Notes under the pieces: model-generated
The model's input: the letters and a program-made list of their open reading frames with translations, nothing else
What the model was told of the DNA's origin: nothing
Databases searched by the model: none
Translations under genes and position numbers: made by a program
Origin: the human T2T-CHM13v2.0 reference genome, Homo sapiens
Length of the DNA: 64,000 nucleotides
Strand: one strand, 5' to 3'
Assembly (NCBI RefSeq): GCF_009914755.1
Contig: NC_060937.1
In this document: positions 1 through 16,344 of the stretch, in pieces
Numbering within the stretch: position 1 is the first letter of the stretch
Layout: every line of letters starts with the position of its first letter

Positions 1-205
1 GTTTGGGCACTCACAGTATTTACAGTGTCTTCCAGGTCCTGCAGGAGCAGTCCGCTTCTTTCAGAGGGTCTGTGGATCCTCTCAGGATTTCTGGTTTATT
101 CTTGTCATTCTGGAGCTAAAATTCATGATGCAAGCCTCTGCACACTGCTCTGTCCATCTGAGTCAGAGCTGCAATCTAGTCCTGCCTCCCATCTGCAATG
201 ATGAT
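1..205 (-). mobile_element. 5' terminus of an older L1 (L1PB-like 5'UTR); the element continues beyond the left edge
   Basis: ctggagctaaaattcatgatgcaagcctctgcacactgctctgtccatctgagtcagagctgcaatctagtcctgcctcccatctgcaatgat resembles the antisense of the recalled L1PB/L1PBa 5' end. Confidence 0.7.
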
Positions 206-715
206 CTTTTGTTGTTGTTGTTTTTTTAAAGAAATTAGCAACACAAAAGTGAGGCAGACGAACTAGTTGGGCTTCTAACTCAGCACCCAGATATAAACAA
301 ATTTAGTCATAGGAACCTTGACTTCAATTAATCTTCTCTGGTCATAATTCTTCTTGACTTATTCTCTGCTAATCTGCCATGCTAGGTTTATTGATAGACA
401 TCCAAAATGATCAGAGATTCTGAGATGTTACTTTTTCATTTCTGCTGCATGGCATTCTAGAGTTTCCCCACCAGCCAAACCAATGCAAAACTTGACTTTG
501 TAAACTCGAGCGCTCACACCTTCAGTCTAGGTTTGTTTCTCCTGGCACACTATTCGTCATGCTTGTTACTGCAATCGATTTCTATTTTCCTCTAAACCTC
601 CATCTTTCAGGCTGAACTTGATCACAGGCTGAGTGGATGGGTAGGGGATAGAATATGGAAATGTTTCTCTTTCTAAATGTGATTATAAAATAGGAATTTG
701 TTATATCTTTTTCAG

Positions 716-918
716 GCATATCCACAGCTCTTCAAATAAGCAATGTGATGTTAGCAAAAGTGCAGGGGCTCCTTGAGAACTTTCCAGGGCTAACCAGCTG
801 CTGAGGAGTGGCCTCCAGGAAAGAGAGAAGCACTCTGATTCAGGCAGTGATTTACACCTAAAATACCAACTCCATCATATCTTCAGAACAATTCTTCTAG
901 ACCTTGCATCTAAATATG
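716..918 (+). ncRNA. Putative internal exon of a spliced lncRNA
   Basis: Acceptor tatctttttcAG (714-715) and consensus donor ATG|GTAAGT (919-924) bracket 203 nt of non-repeat sequence with no long ORF. A further good acceptor (ctccatctttcAG) ends at 610. Confidence 0.55.
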
Positions 919-978
919 GTAAGTGTGAAATATATTTTATACCTAACTTGGTCCCCAGTATTATTTTCATTACCAAGA

Positions 979-1119
979 TTTTTTTTTTTTTTTTTTTTTT
1001 TTTGAGATGAGGTTTAGCTATGTTGCCCAGGTTGGTCTCAAATTGCTGGCCTTAAGCAATCCTCCCACCTCAGCCTCCCAAAGTGGTAGAATTACAGGTG
1101 TGAGTCACTACACCTGGCC
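979..1119 (-). mobile_element. Alu monomer (FLAM_C-like)
   Basis: Poly-T then a single left-arm monomer ending cacctggcc; ccaagat repeated on both flanks. Confidence 0.85.
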
Positions 1120-1332
1120 CCAAGATGTATTTTTAACCATAATTGGAGCAAGCAACATGTTTAATGGGGAAAATAGATAATTTTTGAATTTTGTGATTTG
1201 GAAGCTTATTGTTAACAGTGCTAAAGAAACGTTAAAAACACTCCAAAATGTGTCTTTAAGACTGTGGTACACATTGATCAAAGTGAGAAGATAACCAGTT
1301 AATTAAGGTTTCTTTTGTCCTTATTTCACTCT

Positions 1333-1919
1333 TGTATTAGTTATCCACTGCTGCATAACAAATGGCCCCCAAAGTGAGCAGTGTAAAAAAAATTTATTAT
1401 GTCAGTTTCACAGTATTCACAGTTTCCGTGAGTCAGGAATCCCAGTATTTCTCAGCTGGGTGCCTCTGGCTCAGTAGCTTTCATGAAGCTGCAGTTAAGC
1501 AGTCACTTAGGGCTGGGGCTGTGGGGCTGTGGTCTCCACTGAAGACTCCACCGGGGGAAGCCAGCTCTAAGCCCACTTACCTGCTGGTTGCCAGGCCTCA
1601 TGGGCAGTTGGACAGAGGGCTCTATTTCCCACTGTTGGCTGAAGGCCTCCCTCAGTTCCTTGTCACATGAACCTCTCCACAGGGCTGACTATAAACACAA
1701 CTGGCTTTCTCCAGAGTGAGGGATGAGAGAGAAGGAGAAAGAGGATACTCAAGAAAGAAGCCATAGTCTTTTTATGACTAAATCTCAGGAGTGGCACTCC
1801 TTTACTTAGCTATTGTTTTCTATTCACTGGAAGTGAGTCACTATGTCCAGCCCACATTCAAGGGGAGAAGATTGCAGAAGGAAGCAAGGATAATTGGAGC
1901 CCATCTTAGGCTTACCACA
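1333..1919 (-). mobile_element. MaLR solo LTR (MLT1G/H-like)
   Basis: Begins tgtattagttatccactgctgcataacaaat and ends taccaca (TG..CA), with MLT1-type internal motifs; explains the 1362-1670 ORF. Confidence 0.75.
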
Positions 1920-3272
1920 GCCCCCATTTCCAAATATTTTAATGTGTAATCCTCAATGGAGAATGTCTTGAACTAGTGTCACTGAGATTCTTCAATCATT
2001 AGCTACCACAAGAAAATCGGAATTCCTTTGAAAATTCATTTCAAACTAGTTCATCCAATTTGCAAACACATTCCCTTAGACAGGGGTTGATTTATTCCTC
2101 ATCTTTGTAACCTCCTTTTCCACTCCCCCCATATACATATTTTCCATTTTAAGCCTAGTCTATCAGCTTCATTTAGAGATATCTGGAAGGAACAAAGAAA
2201 CAAACACAAAAATATCTGACTGACATAACATACTAGCTGTATGGCTTCAGTAAAATCACTTAACTATTATGGGTCTTGGTTCCTTCATCTACTGGAAGAA
2301 TGGCTTGATCCCAATGATCTCTTAGGCCTCCCACAGATTTAGAAGTTTATGAGATTTTGATTCCATGTGTGTAAACTAGGGATGGAACTAAATGTGTGGC
2401 AGAAATAAAGACTTCAGAGGTCTATAGTGAAAGTTAAATGAATAAGTTTTGGGAGTTTTATGAAGCACTTTGTACACTCTAAAGTCCTATGCACATGTAA
2501 GGGCTTATTCTTATTTAGCCCTTATCATGAATAGATCAGGGCAGAAGGGCACAGTAGTGATAGTAGTCTTCTTATTCAGCTAGTCAGGTGGCCCCCAGTG
2601 TCACTCTCTTAGATCCATTCTTTCCCAGTGGAAAAACACCAGGAAGGGAGTCAGCAGAGGAAGTGACCCAGTGGAAGAAGTGACCCGTGAGGGAAATATT
2701 GGACCTATTTTAGATTCTCAGTGTGCTAAGAACTCAGGGGGCTTCTGTGACTTCTCTGAGTTACCCTGGATCTCCACGTACACTCTTTGGCCACCCCTCC
2801 ACAGCAAGAACTTCTCTCCTGGAGCCCAGTCCTGCAAATTCTCTCTTCCCTCTGCCAGCCACCTTCCATCCTTTGGACCCTCCCTTCTGAGATCCTACTA
2901 TTCCTTGGATAGTGACCCCCCATGTAGCTCATCAGTCAGTGTCAGCTCTACCTGGTTCCATAGCAAATTGCTAAATATGAGGTCTTTTACGTATTCTTGA
3001 GTATACACTTTATGCATACAAAAGATCATTCAGGGGTTTGGTCTGGTTTTTAGACAGCAATGTTAGATTTATTCAAGCTCTATATTTAAAAATGCAATTC
3101 ATATTTAGGCTTTTGTGTTCATCTTATAAATCCTATTTTACTTGTAAAATAAAAACTTCTGCCAAATTTTAGCAATCACAGTTAAGGATCCCTTGAATAA
3201 TATTTGGTCTCATTTTATAAAGCAAGCTAATTAAACATCTTTGAATACTTTCAATTACACTTACAAATATAA

Positions 3273-3614
<342 letters not shown>

Positions 3615-3743
3615 CAATTTTCTAATAGTAAAACTTCCCATGCATGTAAGTATTTACTGAAAATTTAATCAAGCAAATTTCTAAATGTGATGAATCTTAA
3701 ATTTAAGAAAATGTTCATATATTGTTTATAAATTTAGTAAATA

Positions 3744-4700
3744 CATTAGCCAGTATAGGTTAGGCTATGGTATGATAGCAAATAAGCCTGAAATCTTGAT
3801 GGCTTAAATGTGTCAAAGAGAATTCAGCCTCATCAGATACCCCTGGCAGTCAGAGTGGGGCCTATGATTCATTTGGGGCAATGAAAATTTGTGGTATTTC
3901 CAAGTAGAAGCAGTCAAGAACAGCATGTCTCCTCCATCTCTCCTTTTCTTGTGAAAGTGACTTGGATGGTGCAGCCACTGGATGGGGGAGGCCATGTGGT
4001 CCACACTGTATTTGCCTGAAGGAGAAACACACCTGGATTGTGTTGTGAGAGACCATGAAAGACTGAATTGTCCACTGGGGATCCCGTCCTTGCTCAGAAA
4101 AAATCAACCAGAGCACCATTCATATCAGCTTTTATTCAAAAATACCAGGCATGAGAAGGATCCAAAGGGGCGTTGTAACTTGGGGAAGGAGGGCAGAATG
4201 TTTTATAGAGCTTTAGCAGGAAGGTGTCAGCTGAAGTTCAGCCATCGGCAGCAGTGGTTTGTCAAAAGAGTTTGAGAAGGGGGACGAATTGTTTTAGTGA
4301 ATTAGCAGTGATGATTTGAGTGATCTGAATTTTATCAAAAGGGGTGGAGTGGAACAGTTAGGGGCTAATGTCATGTGCAAAAAAAAGAGGGAAGAGGAAA
4401 CCCAGCTGTTGGGGCAAGGACATGTGGGATCCCTAGTGGACAATTCAGTCTTTCATGCTGTCTCACAACATGATCCAGGTGTGTTTCTCCTTCAGGCAAA
4501 TACAGTGTGGATCACATGGCCTCTCCCATCCAATGCCTGCACCAACCAGGTCGCTTTCACAAGGAAAGGAGAGATGGAGGAGACATGCCTGCTCTTGATG
4601 CTTCTACTTGGAAGTACCACAAGTTTTCATTGCCCCAAATGAATCATGGGCCCCAATCTGACTGCCAGAGGCATCTGGTGAGGCTGAATTCTCTTTGACA
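3744..4700. mobile_element. Rearranged old MLT1 (K/L-like) LTR remnant
   Basis: 3744-3806 (ggttaggctatg..aaatcttgatggctta) and 4550-4680 (gctcttgatgcttctacttggaagt..cattgccccaaatgaatcatggg) resemble MLT1K/L pieces in the same orientation. Confidence 0.5.
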
Positions 4701-4708
4701 CATTAAAG
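3803..4708. repeat. Long inverted repeat: arms 3803-4093 and 4414-4708, 320-bp loop
   Basis: Manual alignment gives about 24 differences in ~283 bp (~91%). Mirrored ORFs 3813-4004(-) and 4507-4698(+) are near-identical. Confidence 0.97.
4086..4422 (-). mobile_element. Probable solo LTR (family unassigned) filling the IR loop
   Basis: Minus strand starts TGTCCTTGC and ends GCAAGGAC (inverted termini), with CTATAAAA (4201-4208) followed by AATAAA (4131-4136) in U3-R-U5 order. Confidence 0.5.
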
Positions 4709-4861
4709 TTTTATCTAAAACCACAAGTCTAAATCAAAAAGTATTCAATTATGCCTCTTAAATGGGCATTTTAAAGCTGACCTGTTATTCTAATAGGCAA
4801 TTTCTTTAAAACATTAATGAAATATACCAAATAAGTAGAGATTCTTAACTTGAAAATATTG

Positions 4862-5170
4862 GGCCGGGCACGGTGGCTCACGCCTGTAATCCCAGCACTT
4901 TGGGAGGCCGAGGTGGGTGGATCACAGGGTCAGGAGTTCAAGACCTGCCTGGCCAAGATGGTGAAACCCCATCTCTACTAAAAATACAAAAAAAATTAGC
5001 CAGGCGTGGTGGTGGGCACCTGTAATCCCAGCTACTCGGGAGGCTGAGGCAGAGAATTGCTTGAGCCCGGGAGGCGGAGGTTGCAGTGAGCCAAGATCGC
5101 ACCACTGCACTCCAGCCTGGGTGACAGAGCGAGACTCGTCTCAAAAAAAAAAAAAAAAAAAAAAGAAAAG
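4862..5170 (+). mobile_element. AluS SINE
   Basis: Full dimer with A-tail; gaaaatat repeated on both flanks. Confidence 0.95.
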
Positions 5171-5235
5171 AAAATATCAGTGATACAGTTTTGATTCTCT
5201 AAAAGACTTATATGTTTAGTTCTGTGTCTTCCCAG

Positions 5236-5405
5236 GGTTTCTGACTATGCAATGTTTGGGGATTACGACTATCACAAGCAGGGATTTTAGCCAGGATGCT
5301 GACTGCATGAATTAATGCCTACTCCTGGAGCATTATAATTAAAATACAGACTTATCATTCTCAGAATCTAGACAGCTCATATCCCTGCTGTGCTCACGGA
5401 ACAGG
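5236..5405 (+). ncRNA. Candidate alternative exon; 3' end uncertain
   Basis: Acceptor ttctgtgtcttcccAG (5234-5235); ATTAAA at 5338-5343 or weak donor G|GTAAAG at 5406. Confidence 0.3.
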
Positions 5406-6769
5406 GTAAAGCCCAGGTCGGAACCTATCCTGGCTGCTGCCTCACTATTATGGGTGGCATTTCTTTGCCTCTCAAGGCCTACAAATGTCTTTTTCATCTA
5501 AATCCAATAGCTTTGAACTTGATGGAAGCTTGCATTCTTTTCACAACTTTTATGGGTGTCAACACATTAAATGGAGGAGAAAGAAAGAAGCTGTATACAT
5601 CTTGAAGGCGGGGATTAAAGGAGAAGATGCCACCAAGGTGGTTTAAGAATGGAACTCTTCCTACCCCAGGCCACCCCACAAAACAAAACAAAAAAACAAC
5701 AAAAACACACTCTCACACTGAAGAGGTTAATCTCCTGCCCTTTATTGTGCTAGAAAAAAAAAAAAAAAAAGCAACAGCCGCCTCCCCAAGATTACAAAAA
5801 GTCCCCCTGCATCCAGGAAAGATCTGCATCCAGGAAGGGATGTTGCAGGGAGAGAAAGAATCACAGGTGAAAAGATAAAGTTCTTCCCACCAGTGTGCCT
5901 CCAACTGGTGGAGAGAAAGTGCCCTGCAGACCCACAAGTGCATATGTAATGGTAGCCCTAGGTCTGCTTGGGTCTTTAGGAAAGGAGACAACACCAGAGA
6001 GGTGGGAAGGCAGCTGCCTGGCAGTTAATTAAAGGAGAGCAGGAGAGATCACCAACTGCACGCAGAGGGACAATGATGTGTGAGATGCAGAGGGGTGTGA
6101 GATCAAGCAGCAGCTCGGTACTGCTGTGGCACTGATGTCCTGGGGACGCTGGGGAGGGCTCGAGTTATGAAGGATCCCATTCATTGTAATAAGGAGGCTG
6201 GATCTAGTCCTAAAAGAGATTGGGAACCACTAACAAATGTTAAGCAGAGAACTATGATCACATTTGCATTTTAGGAAAATCAGTCTAGTGTGAACAGCAG
6301 GGCAGGAGAGCTGGCTGAAGACAGGAAGCCCTATCAGAAGACTGCTCTGCAGTTATTCAAGTAAGACATGATGAGGGCCTGCATCAGAAATCAAGCCTGT
6401 GCAGATGGAAGAAGAAAATGAACCATGCTTTAAGAAGATGAACATAGAAAGAAAAGTGCAAGACCCTGGGTGAAGCAAGAATGTTCAGAGTCAGGAGTTA
6501 GGGAGATCATGTGAGTGCCCTAAACAGCAAAGTGGGAAACAGAACTGTCAGAAAATTCTGCAATTCACAGAAAATAGAATTCACCTCTGAATGAAATACT
6601 CAGCCAGCCACACTGCCCTTCCTGCCCTGACCCTTTTGACATGTCTTTTACCAATCCTAGCTCCCGGATCTGCCCTGCAGGCTTCCCAGTGACCTGGCCC
6701 AGCCCCATCTTCCTTTCAGAATCAGCCCCGTCACTGACTTGCTGTCTGACCAGAAGCCAACCCCATCAT

Positions 6770-7200
6770 CACTCCAGATCCCAGTTTCCACATCTGTAAA
6801 CTGCAAACAACACTAGTATTTCCCAGGATTGCTGTGGGGACTAAGTGAGACAGTGTCTGTGAAAACACCTGATAAATGTCTGTAAAGCACCATAAAATGG
6901 GAGGTGCTGTTACTGATGAAACAAAGTAAGAGACAATATTAAAGAAGAGACAGGCGGAAAGGCTGTGTTTATAGTCCCGCACTGCATTTAAGGCACTGCA
7001 GGTAGAGTGTACTAGAACGCACATGGGCTTTGGACTTGGCCAGACCTGGGTTTGAATCCTGGTTTCAGCACTGTCGCGCTCTGTGATCTTGAACAAGTCC
7101 ACTCACCCCTCTGAGTCTCCATTCCTTCATCTATAATATAAGAATTCCTCCCTTACAGTGTTTTGTGAGAATTAAAGAGTTAACACATTACAAGTTGCAT
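6770..7200 (+). mobile_element. MIR fragments
   Basis: MIR core motifs: cagacctgggtttgaatcctgg..ctgtgatcttgaacaagtc; cagtttccacatctgtaaa. Confidence 0.7.
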
Positions 7201-7374
7201 CATAACATATAATCATTCATAGTTGCTTCTGTGAACTCCATAAAAGGAGTTCAACAGTCTTGGTTTCCTTCTTCCACTCCTATATTATTTCTTCCTGAAA
7301 AATAATATAGTTCCACCAGAAGCTCATCTTTTCTGAACTGGTCTGAAGTTTTGTGTTCTTCCTCCCATTTCCAG

Positions 7375-7510
7375 GAGTCATTAACTAACAACGAACAAAA
7401 CCTCTGGATGGCCGAAGGACCTAGGCTATACAGAAAGCTGTGAATTACCAATGAGAACGCAGTGAGTCAAAAGAATAATGGAATTAAATAAGTTCAGAGG
7501 CTTTAAGTGT
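7375..7510 (+). ncRNA. Candidate downstream or terminal exon; 3' end approximate
   Basis: Strong acceptor ttttgtgttcttcctcccatttccAG (7373-7374); ATTAAA at 7483-7488; alternative donor GTGAGT at 7462. Confidence 0.45.
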
Positions 7511-7800
7511 TTCTTAAAACACTTATCTATGAACCCCTAATCTTAGTCATTTCTGGCACAGTTGTTATTCATAAGCATTTGATCATCATTCATAGAAGAC
7601 TGAACAAATTAACACAATGGATTGTCTTGGAGATGAAGGGGCAGTGTACTATTCCATTTAGCTTGTTCAGGGAACTTGAGTCAAATCCCTTGAGTGTTCA
7701 CTCCATCAGATAGTCCATGAAATGCTGATGAAGATATAACAATTATCCATAAAGTTAGAGTGTTCACTAATTAAGAATACTGAAGAATGAAGTATATTAA

Positions 7801-8127
<327 letters not shown>

Positions 8128-8324
8128 CATGTTGCACCTTAGAATGAATTTGTGTTTGTGATGTAGAGGAGAATTTATTCAAAATTAAGAATCACTAAAG
8201 ACAGGGTATTATTAGGAAATGAAAAATGGCTTTTACTCCAATGACTCAAATAGCACTGCATCCTTCACATTAATAAGATGTTTCTACATGGAGGACTTTA
8301 GAAAGCGAAGCCTGAAGGGTGCAG

Positions 8325-8625
8325 ACAGGGGAAGGAAAAAGGAAGATAAATGGAAGAAGACAAGGGAAGAGAAAATGAGGAGGAAGGAGAAAGAAGAGGA
8401 GGAAGGAGAAAGAAGAGGAGGGAAGGAAGTTTGGAAGAGGCTGGAAGAATTTGTTTTCTCCACATTCTGGTTCCCAACTTGGTCCTCTTCTGGCAATAAT
8501 CAGGCCCTGGGGGAGAGAAGAGTAAAAGACAGAAAGGGCAAAGAAGAGAATAAAATAAACAGATAGAAAGGAAGAAGACCAGGAGAAATGTGAAGGAGGA
8601 AAGAAGAAATGTAGAAGACACCGAG
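8325..8625. repeat. GA-rich low-complexity tract
   Basis: Largely purine sequence in two blocks; gives spurious K/E/R-rich ORFs. Confidence 0.8.
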
Positions 8626-9404
8626 AACACAGATATGTTAAAATGACACTAGAATGAAAGTTAAGCTTAGTTCAGCAAAAGTTTTGAACCCCTCACATGT
8701 GCCAGGCACTGTACTGGGAGCCAGCAATATGAAGATGAAGGAGACATGGCCATTGTTGTGGAGGCACTCAACAGGGAAGAACCAAGGTTGAGAAGACAGC
8801 AAGTGAAGGCCAAGAAAACTTGCATTGCGTGGATTATTTGGAGGCTCAAAAGGGGTCAAATGCTTTTTCTCTAAGCACTTTTAGTGATGAATTCCCATTT
8901 CATCTAATGTGGTTTCTACTTGACATTAGCTTTTGGACTTTTTCAGAAGATTTCTTAAATGTACTCTTTAGTAGGAGGGTTGGGGGTGGGGTGGAGAGAA
9001 AAGGATGCGTGTAGCTTTGCCTCAGCAAGTTTCATTCCCCTTCCAAACAGATGTTGTCTGGCTAGAGCAACACAGCATAAAACATGACTACTGGATTTGG
9101 CACAAAATGTACCAATTAACCTATGTTGATTAAGTCATGTAAAAGCAACAGGGCTCACTGAGCATTGGATGCTGTTTAAAGAAGGATACTGTCAGCCCAA
9201 ATTGCTCACTCCCATCACGTTCGGCATCATGTTCAGCACAGCTGCAGCGGCTGCACTCCACCCGTCTCCTTGTCTCCTCACCCAGCCTGGAGCCCTGCAG
9301 GCTCGTGCTGGGCTCTTAGCAGACTGCAAACATGGAAGATGAACCCAAGATTCAGCTACTCCTAGTATGTCTGCTTTGAAATAATGAGAATAAGAGAATA
9401 AATG

Positions 9405-9575
9405 GTCTCTTTCCTTGTCTTCCTTCTCTTCCTTCTCCTCCTCTTAATCTCCCCTTCCTCTTCTTTCTCCTTCCACACCACTTACCAAACTTCGGGAATC
9501 TCTCTCTTTCCCTCATCATCACTCCTTTCTCCTCCTCTTCTCTTACTTTTCCCTCTGTTCAGCACCTTCTCTTTA
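9405..9575. repeat. CT-rich low-complexity tract
   Basis: Pyrimidine-rich run. Confidence 0.75.
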
Positions 9576-10126
9576 TGCTGGTGACAGGCTCAGGAGTCCC
9601 TACATTCCCTAGGCCTAGGGAATTGGCTTTCCAACTGTTCATGAGAAATCCCTGCACAGCCAGTTTAAACTCAGGCAGGCAGGCCCCACTGCTTATGCCT
9701 ATAATTAAAGAAGTTTGGAGCATGGCCTAAGACTCGACACACTTGACATCCCACCCCCCACGCCCCACCCCTGCCAGTGATTCTGATACAGGTGCTGTAC
9801 ATACAGAACCCTGGGAAATGCTGGCCAAACACACAGAGCAACACTGGTGTGCACAGCCAGAAGACAGCTGGAGTGGAGACTTGTCTCCCCTGGGTCTGTG
9901 TCCTGGTTTTTCTCCTGCCTGTCTGAACCCTCATCATTGGCTCCTTTTCCTTTGCCCACTACTTAGACGTTGCTAGTTTCCAGGGTTCTATTCACAGTCC
10001 ATTTCTGTTATCCTACACACTATCCCTGATGGCTTTCATCCACTTCTGTAAATGAGAACAACATCTATACATTGAAGGCTGAAATGTTTATTTCTAGCCC
10101 AGAGCTTGTTTCAAAACTCCAGACGT

Positions 10127-10576
<450 letters not shown>

Positions 10577-11450
10577 CTATTGTAGGACTCTGGAAGTTGG
10601 AAAATAGGACCAGAATTCAAGGCATCACCAAATAGGTGGTGAGCTTCCCACTTTTCCTCCAGTGTCCCCTAGCATAGACTCAAGGCAGCCGGAAACCTGG
10701 AAGTAAGACCAGGACCAGCATACACACAGAAAGCTCCAGGAGACACCCCTTAGCCCTGGCTTGAATAGCGGGAAAGGGAGCTCCTGAAGGTCAAGCCTCC
10801 GTGATGCTTTCTTCTGGCTGTTCTCTAGCACTAGTCCCAGCCAATCCCTCCAGGGTGGCAGCAGTGAGAACCATGTCAGCAGTCCCACGGGACAAACACT
10901 TCTGCCATTCTGTGACTTGCTTTTGTTTTCCTAGTGGTGTGTTTTGAAGAATAGATGCTAATTTTAACCAAGTCCAATATGTTTTTATATGTACCCAAAT
11001 ATTTACCACTTTTAATGTTTATCCTTTCTTCCTGTAGCTCTGAATTTTTATTTGGTATTATTTTTCTTCAGCCAAAGAACATCTGTGAGGCTTTCCGGTA
11101 ATATGGGTCTGCTGGCAACAAATACTCTCAGGTTTTGTTTATCTAAATTATGTATGTGTGTGTGTACGTACACATATATACATATATATATTTGCTCTAT
11201 ATAGAATTTCAAGTTGGTATTTTTTTCATTCATGATTTTATTTTTTTTTTATTATACTTTAAGTTCTAGGGTACACGTGCACAATGTGCAGGTTTGTTAC
11301 ATAGGTATACATGTGCCATGTTGGTGTGCTGCACCCATTAACTCATTTATATTAGGTATTTCTTCTAATGCTATCCCTCCCCCCTCCCCTCACCCCACGA
11401 CAGGCCCTGGTGTTGATGTTCCCCTTCCTGTGTCCAAGTGTTCTCATTGT

Positions 11451-15255
<3,805 letters not shown>

Positions 15256-15318
15256 TATGATGTTAGCTGGTTATTTTGCCCATTAGTTGATGCAGTTTCT
15301 TCCTAGCCTCGATGGTCT

Positions 15319-16344
15319 TCACAATTTGGCATGTTTTTGCAGTGGCTGATACCAGTTGTTCCTTTCCATGTTTAGTGCTTCCTTCAAGAGCTCTTGTAAG
15401 GCAGGCCTGGTAGTGACAAAATCTCTCAGCATTTGCTTGTCTGTAAAGGATTTTATTTCTCCTTCACTTATGAAGCTTAGTTTGGCTGGATATGAAATTC
15501 TGGGTTGAATATTTTTTTCTTTAATAATGTTGAATATTGGCCCCCACTCTCTTCTGGCTTGTAGAGTTTCTGCTGAGAGATTCACTGTTAGTCTGATGGG
15601 CTTCCCTTTGTGGGTAACCCGACCTTTCTCTCTGGCTGCCCTTAACATTTTTTCCTTCATTTCAACCTTGGTGAATCTGACAATTATGTGTCTTGGGGTT
15701 GCTCTTCTCGAGGAGTATCTTTGTGGCGTTCTCTGTATTTCCTGAATTTGAATGTTGGCCTGCCTTGCCAGGTTGGGGAAGTTCTCCTGGATAATATCCT
15801 GCAGAGTATTTTCCAACTTGGTTCCATTCTCCCCATCACTTTCAGGTACACCAATCAAATGTAGATTTGGTCTTTTCACATAGTCCTATATTTCTTGGAG
15901 GCTTTGTTCTTTTCTTTTTACTCTTTTTTCTCTAAACTTCTCTTCTCGCTTCATTTCATTAATTTGTTCTACAGTCACTGATACCCTTTCTTCCACTTGA
16001 TTGAATCAGATACTGAAACTTGTGCATGCGTCACGTAGTTCTCGTGCCGTGGTTTTCAGCTCCATCAGGTCATTTAAGGTCTTCTCTATGCTGTTTATTC
16101 TAGTTAGCCATTCGTCTAATCTTTTTTCAAGGTTTTTAGCTTCCTTGCGATGGGTTCAGACATCCTCCTTTAGCTTGGAGAAGTTTGTTATTACCGACCT
16201 TCTGAAGCCTACTTTTGTTAACCCATCAAAGTCATTCTCTGTCCAGCTTTGTTCCATTGCTGGCAAAGAGCTGTGATCCTTTGGAGGAGAAGAGGCTCTC
16301 TGGATTTTAGAATTTTCAGCTTTTCTGCTCTGGTTTCTCCCCAT
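15319..16344 (-). pseudogene. L1 ORF1p, disrupted
   Basis: N-terminus MGRNQSRKAENSK stops at 16156; the RRM/CTD part (KRPNL..ARREWG..YPAKLSF..QKHAKL) is open at 15319-15879. Confidence 0.95.

Noticed and set aside
3813-4698. Twin 63-aa ORFs (MDHMASPIQ...) on opposite strands as a duplicated gene pair
   Set aside because: By-product of the inverted duplication in LTR-derived DNA. GTG starts; 13 amino-acid differences, so nearly every base change is non-synonymous and there is no sign of purifying selection, although a compensating indel pair keeps the frame.
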